64,000 nt of DNA from contig MFPD01000009.1 in assembly GCA_001784115.1 (NCBI GenBank), positions 7,520-71,519 on the forward strand, in the 5' to 3' direction. Below the pieces are notes generated by a model, which had not been told where the DNA came from, searched no databases, and saw only the letters and a list, made by a program, of their open reading frames with translations. This DNA comes from Candidatus Levybacteria bacterium RIFCSPLOWO2_02_FULL_37_18 (GTDB lineage: Bacteria; Patescibacteriota; Microgenomatia; Levybacterales; UBA12049). The position numbers and the translations under genes are program-made. Below are positions 47,374-57,860 of the stretch, piece after piece (positions within the stretch are counted from its first letter, which is position 1; every line of letters begins with the position of its first letter).

Positions 47374-48009
47374 TTACGAAGATAGCTTGCGGTATACAGA
47401 AGCTGTGGCGACAATGCTTAAAGGAATCGTAATTAAAACTCCTACTCCAAATGCCAAAGCAGAAAACATTACAATTACCCCTAATAATAGAAAAAACAAA
47501 AATAAGTTCCACTTAACCCCTTGTGTAATTTTTGAGCTTATTTCAAACGCGCCAAAAGCTGTGGCTTTTTTCTCAACTATTGCAAATGGAAAAAATCTAA
47601 ATTGAATCGCCCAGATAATTCCGGGAATAATAAACAAGATCGTTCCAACCGAAACAATAGAAACATATAGAAAAGTCCCGATTAAAAACGAAAATAATAA
47701 AGCATAATGGGCATACAAATCAGAAAACTTTGGCTTTTTATCTTCAACTAATTTTAATGCAATCTTAATACTCCCGAGTAAAATAACCAATTGCACAACC
47801 CACGCTAAAACAAAAACAAGAAACGACAAAAATGGAGCTGTATCGTTAAAGGATTTAGCTAAGGCTTGTGAAACAAAGTAAATAACAAACACAATCCCCC
47901 AAACGCCTGAAATAAGCAGGAAATTTTCTTTTACCAAATTCCAACCGGTTTTAATTGCTTCTTGTTTAGAAAACGAGCGGGAAGATTGCAACACGAAATA
48001 ATACCTCAC
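47374..48009 (-). CDS. hypothetical polytopic membrane protein (211 aa)
   Basis: 5-6 TM helices. Confidence 0.45.
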   Translation of the reverse strand: MRYYFVLQSSRSFSKQEAIKTGWNLVKENFLLISGVWGIVFVIYFVSQALAKSFNDTAPFLSFLVFVLAWVVQLVILLGSIKIALKLVEDKKPKFSDLYAHYALLFSFLIGTFLYVSIVSVGTILFIIPGIIWAIQFRFFPFAIVEKKATAFGAFEISSKITQGVKWNLFLFFLLLGVIVMFSALAFGVGVLITIPLSIVATASVYRKLSS

Positions 48010-48107
48010 TATCAGTATTCCACAAAAAAATGGAGTTTGTCAAATGGTTTATGTCATTGTGAATGGCCTTTAGCCCTATGGCAATCTTTTATTCATCTTA
48101 GATTGCT

Positions 48108-49997
48108 TCACTTAGTTCGCAATGACGGTGAGCGGGAATTCTGTGCTTTTGCAAGAGCAAGAGCTTTTCCTTCCTTTGGCCCGATGAGTTTTATAAAGTC
48201 ATCGGATTCTATAGTTTCTCTTTTCAATAGTTCGGCGGCTAGTAAATCAAGTTTATCTCGAAGCTTTGATAAAACCGACGCTGCATTTTTATAACACATA
48301 TCAGTAATTTTTTTCACTTGCCCGTCGATTTTTGCTGCCATTTCGTCAGAAACATGCTGTTGTTCGTAATACATTCGTCTGTCAGATGCTTCCAAATTTA
48401 AAGGTCCAAGCTCACTCATACCGTATTCGACTACCATCATTCTCGCAACTTGAGAAGCTTTGGCAATATCATCGGATGCGCCTGTTGTCATTTCGGCAAA
48501 CACAAGTTGCTCTGCTGCTCTTCCGCCAAGCATAACAGCTACCTGCTCGAGTAGGTGCGTTTTAGTCTCGTGTACTCTTTCGATTTGCTCCATCATGGTA
48601 TGACCCAACGAAAGCCCCCTGCTCACAATTGAAATGCGGTGAACAGGATCAACATGAGGCATGTACCACGAAACCAACGCGTGTCCTGCCTCGTGATACG
48701 CAGTCATTTTTCTGTCCGCGTCTGATTGTAACCTCTTTTTTTCCGGACCTAATTTGACCTTTGTCGCTGCTTCTTCCAAATCTCTCATGTCGATAAACTT
48801 CTTATTGAGTCTCGCTGCTAAAATTGCAGCTTCGTTTAACATGTTTTCTAAATCAGCTCCCGAAAACCCAACAGTCCTTTTTGCAGCTTTCTCCCAATCA
48901 ACATCCGGGGCAAATGGCTTCCCTTGGGCATGAATATTCAAGATTGCTTTTCTTCCGACAACATCCGGCATATCCAAAGCAATTCTCCTGTCAAACCGTC
49001 CCGGTCGAATAAGTGCAGGATCGAGGACGTCAGGACGGTTTGTAGCTGCCATTACTATAAGTTGTTCGTTGGGGGTAAATCCATCCATTTCAACAAGAAT
49101 CTGGTTAAGCGTTTGTTCGCGCTCGTCATGTCCACCCATTAAGCCTACTCCGCGCTGTCTGCCGATTGCGTCAATTTCGTCGATAAAAATAATCGCTGGT
49201 TGAGCCTTTTTAGCGGTAGAAAAGAGGTCGCGAACCCTTGAGGCCCCGACACCTACCAACATTTCCATAAATTCAGATCCAGCCATTGAAAAAAATGTAA
49301 CTCCGGCTTCTCCTGCCGTACTGCGGGCCAAAAGGGTTTTTCCTGTTCCAGATGGGCCAATCATTAAAACTCCTTTTGGGGTTCGTGCTCCCATGGCTTT
49401 GTATTTTGCCGGATTTTTAAGAAAATCAACAATTTCTGTCAGCTCCTGTTTTGCCTCATCCACTCCTGCCACATCTGCAAACGTAACTTTTGGGCTGTCC
49501 TTGCTAAATAATTTTGCCCTCGACTGGCCAAAACTAAAAATATTTTCTTGCGCACCTCTGGCCTGCCGAAAAATAAAATAAAAAAACGCAATCATCAAAA
49601 CAACCGGCAAAATTGAAGATATAAGATTAATCCAATTCGTAACGCCTGATTCGTCTTTTACCACAACTTTGGTTTTTTCTAAAGATACTCCCGCGTCTTT
49701 AAAGAGTTGGTAGACATTAGAACCTACTTCTTTATTTGTATGAAGTGTTGCTCCCCGCTTGGTAGTAACGCTAATTTTGTTATCAACAATAGTAATCTGG
49801 GAAATCTCATCTTTTTTTACACTTTCGATTATTTCGGAAATCGGCACTGTTTTTCGATCTTCTAAAGGAGCGCTTAATCCAACCAAAAGAAAAAGGCTAA
49901 AGAGGAGTAAAAAACCGTATAATAAAATATTTTTCCAGGAGAGATTAAATTTAAACTTAACTATTTTTCGCTTATGCTTTTTCCCATTCGTAGCCAT
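48108..49997 (-). CDS. ftsH: ATP-dependent zinc metalloprotease FtsH. Its last ~7 codons are supplied by a half GTCAT element.
   Basis: Walker [15 protein letters not shown] region, HEAGHAL zinc site. The C-terminus SPSLRTK is encoded by tcaccgtcattgcgaactaag (48099-48128). Confidence 0.9.
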   Translation of the reverse strand: MATNGKKHKRKIVKFKFNLSWKNILLYGFLLLFSLFLLVGLSAPLEDRKTVPISEIIESVKKDEISQITIVDNKISVTTKRGATLHTNKEVGSNVYQLFKDAGVSLEKTKVVVKDESGVTNWINLISSILPVVLMIAFFYFIFRQARGAQENIFSFGQSRAKLFSKDSPKVTFADVAGVDEAKQELTEIVDFLKNPAKYKAMGARTPKGVLMIGPSGTGKTLLARSTAGEAGVTFFSMAGSEFMEMLVGVGASRVRDLFSTAKKAQPAIIFIDEIDAIGRQRGVGLMGGHDEREQTLNQILVEMDGFTPNEQLIVMAATNRPDVLDPALIRPGRFDRRIALDMPDVVGRKAILNIHAQGKPFAPDVDWEKAAKRTVGFSGADLENMLNEAAILAARLNKKFIDMRDLEEAATKVKLGPEKKRLQSDADRKMTAYHEAGHALVSWYMPHVDPVHRISIVSRGLSLGHTMMEQIERVHETKTHLLEQVAVMLGGRAAEQLVFAEMTTGASDDIAKASQVARMMVVEYGMSELGPLNLEASDRRMYYEQQHVSDEMAAKIDGQVKKITDMCYKNAASVLSKLRDKLDLLAAELLKRETIESDDFIKLIGPKEGKALALAKAQNSRSPSLRTK

Positions 49998-50008
49998 AAT
50001 GTATTAAA

Positions 50009-50045
50009 TGTCATTCTGAGTCATTCTGAACTTGATTCAGAATCT
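50009..50045. repeat. GTCAT-family hairpin doublet (tgtcattctgagtcattctgaacttgattcagaatc)
   Basis: seen in sequence. Confidence 0.6.
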
Positions 50046-50144
50046 AATTTTTGAATTTTGAGTTAAAATTGAGTATAGCACAACTTATATTCATTTCCAA
50101 GCATTTTTATCAAAACGTAACAGTTAACTCTTCTAACACGGTCT

Positions 50145-50228
50145 TGTCATTGCGACCCCGAGTGAATCAAGGGGGAAGCAATCTCACAAGATCGCCACGG
50201 TCGCCTGAGGCGACCTCGCGATGACAGT
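50145..50228. repeat. GTCAT-family palindromic element (tgtcattgcgacc...cggtcgcctgaggcgacc...tcgcgatgaca)
   Basis: Inverted termini and a GC hairpin identical to the copy at 6122-6201. Confidence 0.7.
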
Positions 50229-50309
50229 TTTATGTCAGAACCCTAAACAAAATTAAATACCCAAACTGACATTGCTTTTTTCTCTCAAATCTGATACTAT
50301 TATAGGCCT

Positions 50310-51170
50310 ATGCGAGAAGGACGACGAGCGGTTTTAACAGTTTTTACAGGTTTAAGTACTATTGCTTGTGGTATTTCCCCAGATACGCCAATGGGCGTTG
50401 CGCCTTATCCAACCTCAACAAGATCAATCCCGAGTGAACTCTCACCTGTACCCTCTGATCGAGAAGTTATTCTAAGCTACGTCTCAACACTTTCAATTCA
50501 AAAAGATCCTACCGAAGTAGGCCGTTGGGCAAATATTAGGTCTTTAAATCCTCCAATCCGAAAACAGGAAATAACTGATAATGATAAATCACTTGCCGAA
50601 AGACGTTTAGTTGCCGTCCTAAACGAAATGAACAGATCAAATATCAAGCCATTTAGAGACGCGCATGATGTTCTTACCTCTCACCGGAATAAAGATGCCT
50701 CTATCGGAGTATATAAGAATCTTTCGTCTGTATTGAAAACAGAAGATGCGTACCAAATGGTTGCTCTACCTTTGTATAAAAATGATTCCGTAGAAATTCA
50801 TATTGGATTAGACACTAAACATATCCTCGAAACAGATTTATTAGTACTTGCAACCGAGATTGTTCATGAAGTAACCCATCTTCAAGAATATCTTGGCTTC
50901 CTTACCGCTCTCGATCCTTCTCACGGTCCATTTGAGAAATTTATAGAACTTAAAGGAATAGAAACAAATGACCAGATTCGATTTGAAGGTGAACTTGTTG
51001 CATATAAAATTCAGGCCGAATCTTACATGCATGCAATTGCTCAAGGACATACTATTACTTCTCGGTTTGACGATGAATTAGCCGCTACCCTCATTCGCGC
51101 AAACGGAGACATACATACCCCTGCCTATCAAGAACTAATAAAAAAACTTTCTCCCGAAAGCCGAATATAA
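50310..51170 (+). CDS. hypothetical secreted or lipoprotein-like protein with an HExxH motif
   Basis: MREGRRAVLTVFTGLSTIACG signal/lipobox-like N-terminus. TEIVHEVTHLQEY. The ATG sits 8 nt after TATTAT, i.e. leaderless context. Confidence 0.45.
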   Translation: MREGRRAVLTVFTGLSTIACGISPDTPMGVAPYPTSTRSIPSELSPVPSDREVILSYVSTLSIQKDPTEVGRWANIRSLNPPIRKQEITDNDKSLAERRLVAVLNEMNRSNIKPFRDAHDVLTSHRNKDASIGVYKNLSSVLKTEDAYQMVALPLYKNDSVEIHIGLDTKHILETDLLVLATEIVHEVTHLQEYLGFLTALDPSHGPFEKFIELKGIETNDQIRFEGELVAYKIQAESYMHAIAQGHTITSRFDDELAATLIRANGDIHTPAYQELIKKLSPESRI

Positions 51171-51198
51171 CCCCTTTTTCTCTCGTACTTCTCTCATT

Positions 51199-52302
51199 TT
51201 GGAGTATGAAAAACTCAAACCTGATATAATAACTGCCTTAAAAGAAAAAGCTATGGCAGACCGAAAAGAAAACCCTCAGTTTACCCACAAGGTCCCATCT
51301 CCGAAAAGACCGGAAAATACACCCATGTATCTTCAATTTCTAGAATTGTACGCTCGATCGAGACAGCCCAAAGACGGAACACTGCAGGAACACATCAAAA
51401 AAGACCTAAATAGAATTGCTTCATCAGCTCCCAATCAAGCACTTACAACATATATTAAAGGCGATGTTGTATTTGATGCATCGCTAAATGGAAAACCGCC
51501 TAATCCAGAAACGCAAGAAAATCTTAAAAGACAATGCTCTATTAATACCCCACATGGACTCCTCATTTATAATCACAACACAAAAGAAGGAACTTCTCCA
51601 TTGTTACCAAAGAAGAAGAATACATTCTCTCTGTCAGAATATCAAGATAAACTATTTATGGTTTTTATAAGACATGCTCTTCTTGCAGAAGCTACGCAAA
51701 ACCCTCGTCATCTCATTATTGAGGAGGAGGAACTTAACGAAGCAATAGATGATGAAGAATCAGAAAAACCTCCCAATACAAAAGTTTTTGTGGCGCAAAT
51801 TAGAGAAAGATTAGGAGATCTGGGTAAAAAAGGTGATAAACGTTTTAAACACAAGCTTATCCAAAGAATACCAAACACAAGAAATTATTTTTTTCCAACA
51901 GAAGAATTCCCGGAGATTCCTTTTGATGAAGATTCTATGCTCACTTGTCCTACTCTTTTAGGTGAAGTAAAACTTGACCCTTTAACCAACAGCGCGTTTT
52001 CTCCTGCCAAGCCAGGAATCCCCATTCCTCTTTCTCCAAAAGAAGTAGAGATTATTCTTGATCTATTTACAGATCCGGGATATCACAAATTTGCTAACAA
52101 AACTAAAAAAGAAAAATCAGTAATATCGGTTCGGGTAAACAAATTGAACAAAAAATTTGGACCAAAGAAGATTAAGATTATAGAGAGTAAAAAAGGGCTG
52201 GGCTGGCGGTTTGTCCCGCCTAAAAAAGAAGCAGAAAAAGATTCACAATCAGATGTTGTATTCCTGACTTCTGTCACTAACCACACTCTAGCCTCAAATT
52301 AA
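51199..52302 (+). CDS. hypothetical protein with a C-terminal OmpR/PhoB-type winged-helix DNA-binding domain and no receiver domain
   Basis: LSPKEVEIILDLFTDPGYHKF...VISVRVNKLNKKFGPKKIKIIESKKGLGWRFV, compared with the trans_reg_C consensus LTPKEFxLL...VDVHIRRLRKKL...IxTVRGvGYRF. The acidic N-terminal part has no match. Confidence 0.5.
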   Translation: MEYEKLKPDIITALKEKAMADRKENPQFTHKVPSPKRPENTPMYLQFLELYARSRQPKDGTLQEHIKKDLNRIASSAPNQALTTYIKGDVVFDASLNGKPPNPETQENLKRQCSINTPHGLLIYNHNTKEGTSPLLPKKKNTFSLSEYQDKLFMVFIRHALLAEATQNPRHLIIEEEELNEAIDDEESEKPPNTKVFVAQIRERLGDLGKKGDKRFKHKLIQRIPNTRNYFFPTEEFPEIPFDEDSMLTCPTLLGEVKLDPLTNSAFSPAKPGIPIPLSPKEVEIILDLFTDPGYHKFANKTKKEKSVISVRVNKLNKKFGPKKIKIIESKKGLGWRFVPPKKEAEKDSQSDVVFLTSVTNHTLASN

Positions 52303-52557
52303 AGGTTTTTGGGACACTAAATGATACAAGTCGGGAATTATTTGTAATTCCTTAATACTTCTTTAATACTTCTTTGTCAAACCGTGTCTACCTGACACGA
52401 TCAAACCAACCCCATCTTTTCTTTCACTTATCTCATTGTCTACTAACAAAAACCATGATACGCTTTTTGTATGACTTTTAATATATCTGAGACCCTTAAT
52501 TCTAACTGAAAGGTGTATATGATCCACTAGCTCACCTACAAAAATATTTCAGAAGAA

Positions 52558-52677
52558 CTATGATTGACCTAACGCAAACTCTTGCTCAAGCACAAATCGC
52601 CTTCGCTTTGGCAGTAATCGCTCTTGCGGTTGTCTATTACGTTTTTGCTAAAAAACCCACACGCACCAAGCGCTAGA
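52558..52677 (+). CDS. possible 39-aa single-TM peptide
   Basis: MIDLTQTLAQAQIAFALAVIALAVVYYVFAKKPTRTKR; no clear RBS. Confidence 0.25.
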
Positions 52678-52689
52678 TTAGTCCCATCT

Positions 52690-52830
52690 TTTCGTAACAG
52701 GTCACAGTTCTAACATAAAACTGTCATTCTGAGACTGAAAGCAGAAGAATCTTTTACCGAATAGATCCTTTACTACGCTCAGGATGACGAGATCGTGTCG
52801 GAAGCGTGAACAGTTACAGTTCTTAGACAA
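52690..52830. repeat. ~140-bp GTCAT-containing repeat unit (direct-repeat partner of 54765-54995)
   Basis: atcacagttctaacataaaactgtcattctgagactgaaagcagaagaatcttttaccgaatagatcctttactacgctcaggatgacgagatcgtgtcggaagcgtgaacagttac. Confidence 0.7.
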
Positions 52831-52869
52831 ACTTTAAAAATAAATTCAGACTTGTTATAATATAAGCCT

Positions 52870-53766
52870 ATGTCTGGAGAAGAGCGCCAAAGAAAAGCTC
52901 ATTCAAGAGAATTTGCTCGCCGACCTCTTATTGTTGGAGGGGCAGTGGGCGCAGGAGCCTTAGGTACGCTCGCCACTCATTTTTGGGAAACTCGACCCAA
53001 ATCAGACGAACAAGTAATTCAAGACTATATTGATCATCTTGGACTAAAACCTAATACGCAAGAACAAACCCTATGGCAACGAACTCATCAAAATATCCAT
53101 TTTACAAATCAACCATTAACTTCTTCTGCTTTAAATAAAGGGACCGACAACGTACTTAAAGTTATACATGTCATTAAATCATCTAATATTGAAGACTTTT
53201 CAGAGTTGGCAACATTTTTTACAAATTATAAATCTGCTGGGCAACTATCTGCTGTAGTTCATCCAAGAGTTGATGCATTAGTTCCAGCGCGTACAGGTTC
53301 CGGTTTTAATCCATCAACAAACAAGACCGAATGGCAAATTCAAGTTTCTCCGCACCATATTCTTACAGATACAAACGCTTTAACGGTAGCAGTTAAACTA
53401 ACCGAACAATTAGATTTTGTCCAAAGTCTTTCTGCCTACGAACAGGGTCTTGTTAATCTTCACACTCCATTCGATAGATTTCAAGAAGTGAGAAAAAAAC
53501 TTGATAACGATCAAGAACTAACAAGATTACATGCCAAGGGACTTGGGAGGGCAATTCATGCCTATATTTACGCTTATGCTTTTTTGGGAAATATGCGCAG
53601 TGAAATAAAAATAGATATGAAAAAACATGCTGCAGAATTTATTAAACGTGGCGCTGATGAAACTTCTCCGTCATGGATTTTTTATTGGCTTTCGTACAGG
53701 AAAGAAATGCTTGCAAAAATCCCTCAACCGGCTCCCGGAAATCCTGGAAGAACCTCACAACTATAA
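52870..53766 (+). CDS. hypothetical protein with a twin-arginine-like N-terminus (RRPLIVGGAVGAGALG)
   Basis: 298 aa. The ATG follows TATAAT + 8 nt, the same start context as the 50310 gene. The same TTTTCTCTCGTACTTC(T/C)CTCATT block follows the stop. Confidence 0.45.
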   Translation: MSGEERQRKAHSREFARRPLIVGGAVGAGALGTLATHFWETRPKSDEQVIQDYIDHLGLKPNTQEQTLWQRTHQNIHFTNQPLTSSALNKGTDNVLKVIHVIKSSNIEDFSELATFFTNYKSAGQLSAVVHPRVDALVPARTGSGFNPSTNKTEWQIQVSPHHILTDTNALTVAVKLTEQLDFVQSLSAYEQGLVNLHTPFDRFQEVRKKLDNDQELTRLHAKGLGRAIHAYIYAYAFLGNMRSEIKIDMKKHAAEFIKRGADETSPSWIFYWLSYRKEMLAKIPQPAPGNPGRTSQL

Positions 53767-54738
53767 TCCCATTTTCTCTCGTACTTCCCTCATTGTCTCT
53801 TCTGCTAACTGCCTGCAAGCGTTGTTTGAACTTTCGATAACTTCATCTACTAATTTTGTATTTGCTTCGAATTCTTTTCGTTTTTCGGCAAAAGGCTTAA
53901 GTTCTTTAAAAATAGCATTTGCAAGAACCTCTTTTAACTCAGAGTACCTAATTTTTTTGTCCTTATAATCCTGCATAAATTTACTATACACTTCTTTACC
54001 TGCGAACAACCGCAGAAGCGAAAACAAATTCGCAACTCCACCACTCTCTGGGATATCTCCTCCAACTTCCCCACTATCCGTTGGCGCACTTGCTAATCGC
54101 TTTTGAATAGTTGCTAAATCATCTGTTAAGTTGATGAATGAACCCTCAATAGATTTACTCATCTTTCCAGTTCCAGAAAGTGAGGGAACATACTCTCCGG
54201 GTGTTTTGAACCGAACAGGTTCCGGGAATGTATCACCGAACATAGAGTTAAATTTTCTGGCAATTTCCCGCATTACTTCCAAATGCGGTTTCTGGTCTAT
54301 TCCTACGGGAACGAGTTCTCCTTTATATAAAAGCACGTCTGCTGCCATTAAAACCGGGTAATACAACAAACCCATATTCACATACTTTGGATACTGGGCT
54401 TTTTTGTCTTTATACGTTGGCAAATCTTCAAGACGCGAAACCGGATAAATGGTTGAGAGTAAATATGCAAGCTCTGTGTGTTGTGGAACTCGCGACTGAA
54501 TCTCGAGTAAGCACTTCTTTGGATCCAAACCTGCTGCCAGATAATCAAGAACAATATTTCGAATTGACACCCCAAGGGTGTCAGGCTCGTACGGAACAGT
54601 AATGGTGTGCAAATCAACAACAGAAAACACACAATCATATTTGTCTTGCAACTCAAGCATCCCTTTTACAGCACCCATGTAATTTCCCAAATGCAATCTC
54701 CCCGTCGCCCGTATTCCAGAATAAACTCTTTTTTTCAT
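53761..54738 (-). CDS. trpS: tryptophan--tRNA ligase
   Basis: Class I HIGH-type motif HLGNYMG and KMSKS. Confidence 0.85.
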   Translation of the reverse strand: MKKRVYSGIRATGRLHLGNYMGAVKGMLELQDKYDCVFSVVDLHTITVPYEPDTLGVSIRNIVLDYLAAGLDPKKCLLEIQSRVPQHTELAYLLSTIYPVSRLEDLPTYKDKKAQYPKYVNMGLLYYPVLMAADVLLYKGELVPVGIDQKPHLEVMREIARKFNSMFGDTFPEPVRFKTPGEYVPSLSGTGKMSKSIEGSFINLTDDLATIQKRLASAPTDSGEVGGDIPESGGVANLFSLLRLFAGKEVYSKFMQDYKDKKIRYSELKEVLANAIFKELKPFAEKRKEFEANTKLVDEVIESSNNACRQLAEETMREVREKMGL

Positions 54739-54764
54739 AACTCTTGATATTGTATCATAGTAAC

Positions 54765-54995
54765 AGATCACAGTTCTAACATAAAACTGTCATTCTGAGA
54801 CTGGAAACAGAAGAGTCTTTTACCGAATAGATCCTTTACTACGCCGAGTCTGACTCGGCTACGCTCAGGATGACGAGATCGTGTCGGAAGCGTGAACAGT
54901 TACAACATTGAAGTTATTGTTCGAGGCTACAAGCCGAGAACTACAAACACTGGAAACTTCTCGCTACGCCACGTCTGACGTGGCTACGCTCGAAG
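54765..54995. repeat. GTCAT-family repeat unit, a second copy of 52690-52830 with an extra nested hairpin (ccgagtctgactcgg) and a 3' extension carrying ctacgccacgtctgacgtggctacgc
   Basis: About 95% identity over the shared ~120 bp, and a 17-bp hairpin insertion. Confidence 0.7.
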
Positions 54996-55079
54996 AATAA
55001 AGTTTGTGTTAGAAGAGTAAACTGTTACGTAAATTCTTACCAAATTTTTTTAAGGTATTGTGATACAATAATAATCTTC

Positions 55080-56339
55080 ATGGACACACAAGCCCAAAAA
55101 GCCAGATACCCAGCGCTTACATATCGTGATTTTAGACTGCTCTGGTTTGGCCAATTTATTGCCAATACCGGTATTCAAATGCAGTTTGTAGCGGTTAACT
55201 GGCATTTGTACCGTCTTACAGACTCTCCTGTTGCTTTAGGACTTTTGGGTCTTTTTCGGTTTTTACCAATTATTATTTTTTCTTTAATAGGAGGAAACTT
55301 TGCCGATGCTCACAATAGAAAAAGAATACTCATTCTAGCATCTGCTTCTCTTTCGATTTTATCTTTTTTCCTTGCGTTTTCAACCCTCTCAGAAACAATA
55401 AATCCATTTATTATGTATACTGTTTCAATTCTTATTGCCGTTGCGTCTTCATTTGATATCCCGGCCAGACAAGCGTTTGTTCCTAATTTAGTCAAAAAAG
55501 AACACTTACCTAACGCAATAAGTTTGAATGTTGTCATGTTTCAAGCTTCTCTTGTCGTAGGCCCAGCCTTAGCAGGTATTCTTATTGCCCAATTAGGAGA
55601 AGGGTATGTCTATGGTTTAAGCGCAGTTTCGTTTGCAGGCGCATTACTAGCTCTTTTTTTGATTAAGACAACCGGCGAGCCAAAAGGAGAAAAACCGGAA
55701 ATTTCCATCGCAGCAATTGCAGAAGGTATTACTTTTATTAAATCACAAACTCTTATCTGGTCAACTATGTTATTGGATTTTTTTAGCACATTTTTTGCCT
55801 CTGCCACTGTGCTTTTACCAATTTTTGCCAAAGATATTCTTCATGTCGGGCCCCAAGGATTTGGCGTTTTAGCAGCCTCCCCAGCCATTGGAGCAGTTGT
55901 TGCCGGTTTTGTGTTTGCCCATTTTGGCATTTTACGAAAACAGGGTACTATTCTTTTAGTCTCGGTTGGTCTATTTGGAATTGCTACGATATTTTTTGGC
56001 ATCTCGAACTCGTTTTTGCTTTCGTTTCTTTTTCTTTTTATTGTCGGAGCCGGAGATTCAATCAGCGCAATTATTAGAAATACAATCAGACAAGCTGTAA
56101 CCCCGGATTACATTCGAGGCAGAATGAGCGCGGTTTCCATGATATTTTTTATGGGAGGACCGCAATTGGGAGAATTCGAAGCGGGACTATTAGCAGCGTG
56201 GATAGGGGCACCATTTTCTGTAGTATTAGGAGGAATTGGGACATTAATAGTGGTAGGCCTGGTAGCCTTTGGTATCCCAAAAGTAAGAAACTATCAGGGA
56301 CACGAGCACCTTATTCCCCAAAACGAAAAAGTAAAATAA
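55080..56339 (+). CDS. MFS-family transporter
   Basis: 12 TM helices; GGNFADAHNRKR loop 2-3 motif. Confidence 0.7.
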   Translation: MDTQAQKARYPALTYRDFRLLWFGQFIANTGIQMQFVAVNWHLYRLTDSPVALGLLGLFRFLPIIIFSLIGGNFADAHNRKRILILASASLSILSFFLAFSTLSETINPFIMYTVSILIAVASSFDIPARQAFVPNLVKKEHLPNAISLNVVMFQASLVVGPALAGILIAQLGEGYVYGLSAVSFAGALLALFLIKTTGEPKGEKPEISIAAIAEGITFIKSQTLIWSTMLLDFFSTFFASATVLLPIFAKDILHVGPQGFGVLAASPAIGAVVAGFVFAHFGILRKQGTILLVSVGLFGIATIFFGISNSFLLSFLFLFIVGAGDSISAIIRNTIRQAVTPDYIRGRMSAVSMIFFMGGPQLGEFEAGLLAAWIGAPFSVVLGGIGTLIVVGLVAFGIPKVRNYQGHEHLIPQNEKVK

Positions 56340-57767
56340 TTACCACACCCACTCTTTTTTCATCTTACTAAACTCTCCTTCCATAATTGCTTCTCTGATT
56401 TTTTTAACCAGATGCACAATAAAATACATATTATGATAACTTGCCAACCGATATGCGAGGAGTTCGTTTGCTTTGAATACATGGTTAACATAGCCTCGCG
56501 TGAACTGCTTACACACCTTACACTCGCAGTCTTTAGAAAGCGGTTGGTTACTTCTTACATAGATACTTCTATTTATATCGAGCCGAAACCTACCTTTTGC
56601 TTCTGATTCCCATGGAGGGACAAACACAATGCCGTACCGGCCAAAGCGCGTTGGAATCACACAATCAAACGTATCCATCCCACATTCTATTGCCGAAAAA
56701 ATATCATCAATTTCTCCAATACCTAATAAATGCCTGGGTTTTTCTTCGGGAAGAAACGGATGCACCCAGGAAAGAACGTCCCGCATTTCTTTTTTCGTTT
56801 CTCCAACCGAAACTCCCCCAATTGCAATTCCATCAAACGGAAGCGAACTGATAAACTTCGCCGACTCTTCCCGAAAATCTTTGCATACACCACCTTGAAC
56901 AATACCGTAAAGCGCTTGCTCTCTTCCCGTGTCATGCCGAACTTGTTTCGGCATCTCCTCACCGGCACTAGTAGATACCGAAACGCCTTGCCTGCTGACA
57001 GGCAGGAGTTCAGGATGACAGCGATAGAATTCAGCTAGTGATCTCTCCGCCCACTTATGCGTCCGCTCCATCGCCTCTTTTGTGTATTCACGTGTAGAAG
57101 GATACGGCGCGCATTCATCAAAACACAAAATAATATCTGCTCCTAATTTTTTTTGGATTTGAATAGATAGTTCTGGAGTAAGCTCGTGTAATGAACCATC
57201 AATATGAGATCTAAAAACAACTTTGTCGTTGGTAATCTTAACAAGAGAAGGATTTTTATCTATAGAGGATTCCTGATCATTCCCAGGAGAACTGAAAGTC
57301 GGCCTTGTATTTTTCTGAGTATTTTCATCCGGTGGCCGACTTTCACTTAGTGAGGACGGGAAAAAGTTTATAATTTTTTCAAAAGGTTGCCGAACGTCTC
57401 CTGAGGCATGCGTCAGGAATCCGCCGCCCCTTGCAGCAATTCTTTTTGCCAACGAAAAGACCTGAAACCCACCGCTGTCTGTTATAGTCGGCCCATACCA
57501 ATTCATAAACTTTCCCAAACCTCCGAATTCCTGTACCACGTCTTCTCCAGGACGCAAATGCAAATGATATGTATTGCCAAAGAGTAATTCAACACCAATT
57601 TCTCTAAGTTCGTCAGGGCTTAATCCCTTTACTGTTGCCTGTGTCCCAACCGCAACAAAAGCAGGAGTCTCAATATCACCATGAGGAGTATGAATCTGAC
57701 CAACCCGCGCTTTTGTTTTAGAATCTTTTGATATAACTTTAAATGAAAATGAACTATTTTTCTTCAT
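56340..57767 (-). CDS. tgt: queuine tRNA-ribosyltransferase with two long in-frame palindromic insertions
   Basis: DSGGFQVFSL; Zn site CxCxxC...H (CECKVCKQFTRGYVNH). The ~75-aa insert ...PSSLSESRPPDENTQKNTRPTFSSPGN is encoded by the palindrome GAAAGTCGGCC...GGCCGACTTTC at 57295-57345. VSRQGVSVSTSAG is encoded by CCTTGCCTGCTGACAGGCAGG at 56993-57013. Confidence 0.8.
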   Translation of the reverse strand: MKKNSSFSFKVISKDSKTKARVGQIHTPHGDIETPAFVAVGTQATVKGLSPDELREIGVELLFGNTYHLHLRPGEDVVQEFGGLGKFMNWYGPTITDSGGFQVFSLAKRIAARGGGFLTHASGDVRQPFEKIINFFPSSLSESRPPDENTQKNTRPTFSSPGNDQESSIDKNPSLVKITNDKVVFRSHIDGSLHELTPELSIQIQKKLGADIILCFDECAPYPSTREYTKEAMERTHKWAERSLAEFYRCHPELLPVSRQGVSVSTSAGEEMPKQVRHDTGREQALYGIVQGGVCKDFREESAKFISSLPFDGIAIGGVSVGETKKEMRDVLSWVHPFLPEEKPRHLLGIGEIDDIFSAIECGMDTFDCVIPTRFGRYGIVFVPPWESEAKGRFRLDINRSIYVRSNQPLSKDCECKVCKQFTRGYVNHVFKANELLAYRLASYHNMYFIVHLVKKIREAIMEGEFSKMKKEWVW

Positions 57768-57774
57768 GCAAACT

Positions 57775-57860
57775 CTAAATTCTAAATCCTAAATTCTAAA
57801 TAATTACAAAATTCAAAAAAGTGAGTTTTGGATTTAAGAATTGTGATTTATTTAGAAATT
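57775..57860. repeat. AT-rich CTAAATTCTAAATCCTAAAT...ATTTAGAAATTAGGATTTTAG palindromic element, related to the 23S IVS copies
   Basis: Shares the ctaaatcctaaat / atttagaatttag words with 9801-9968 and 11140-11298. Confidence 0.55.
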
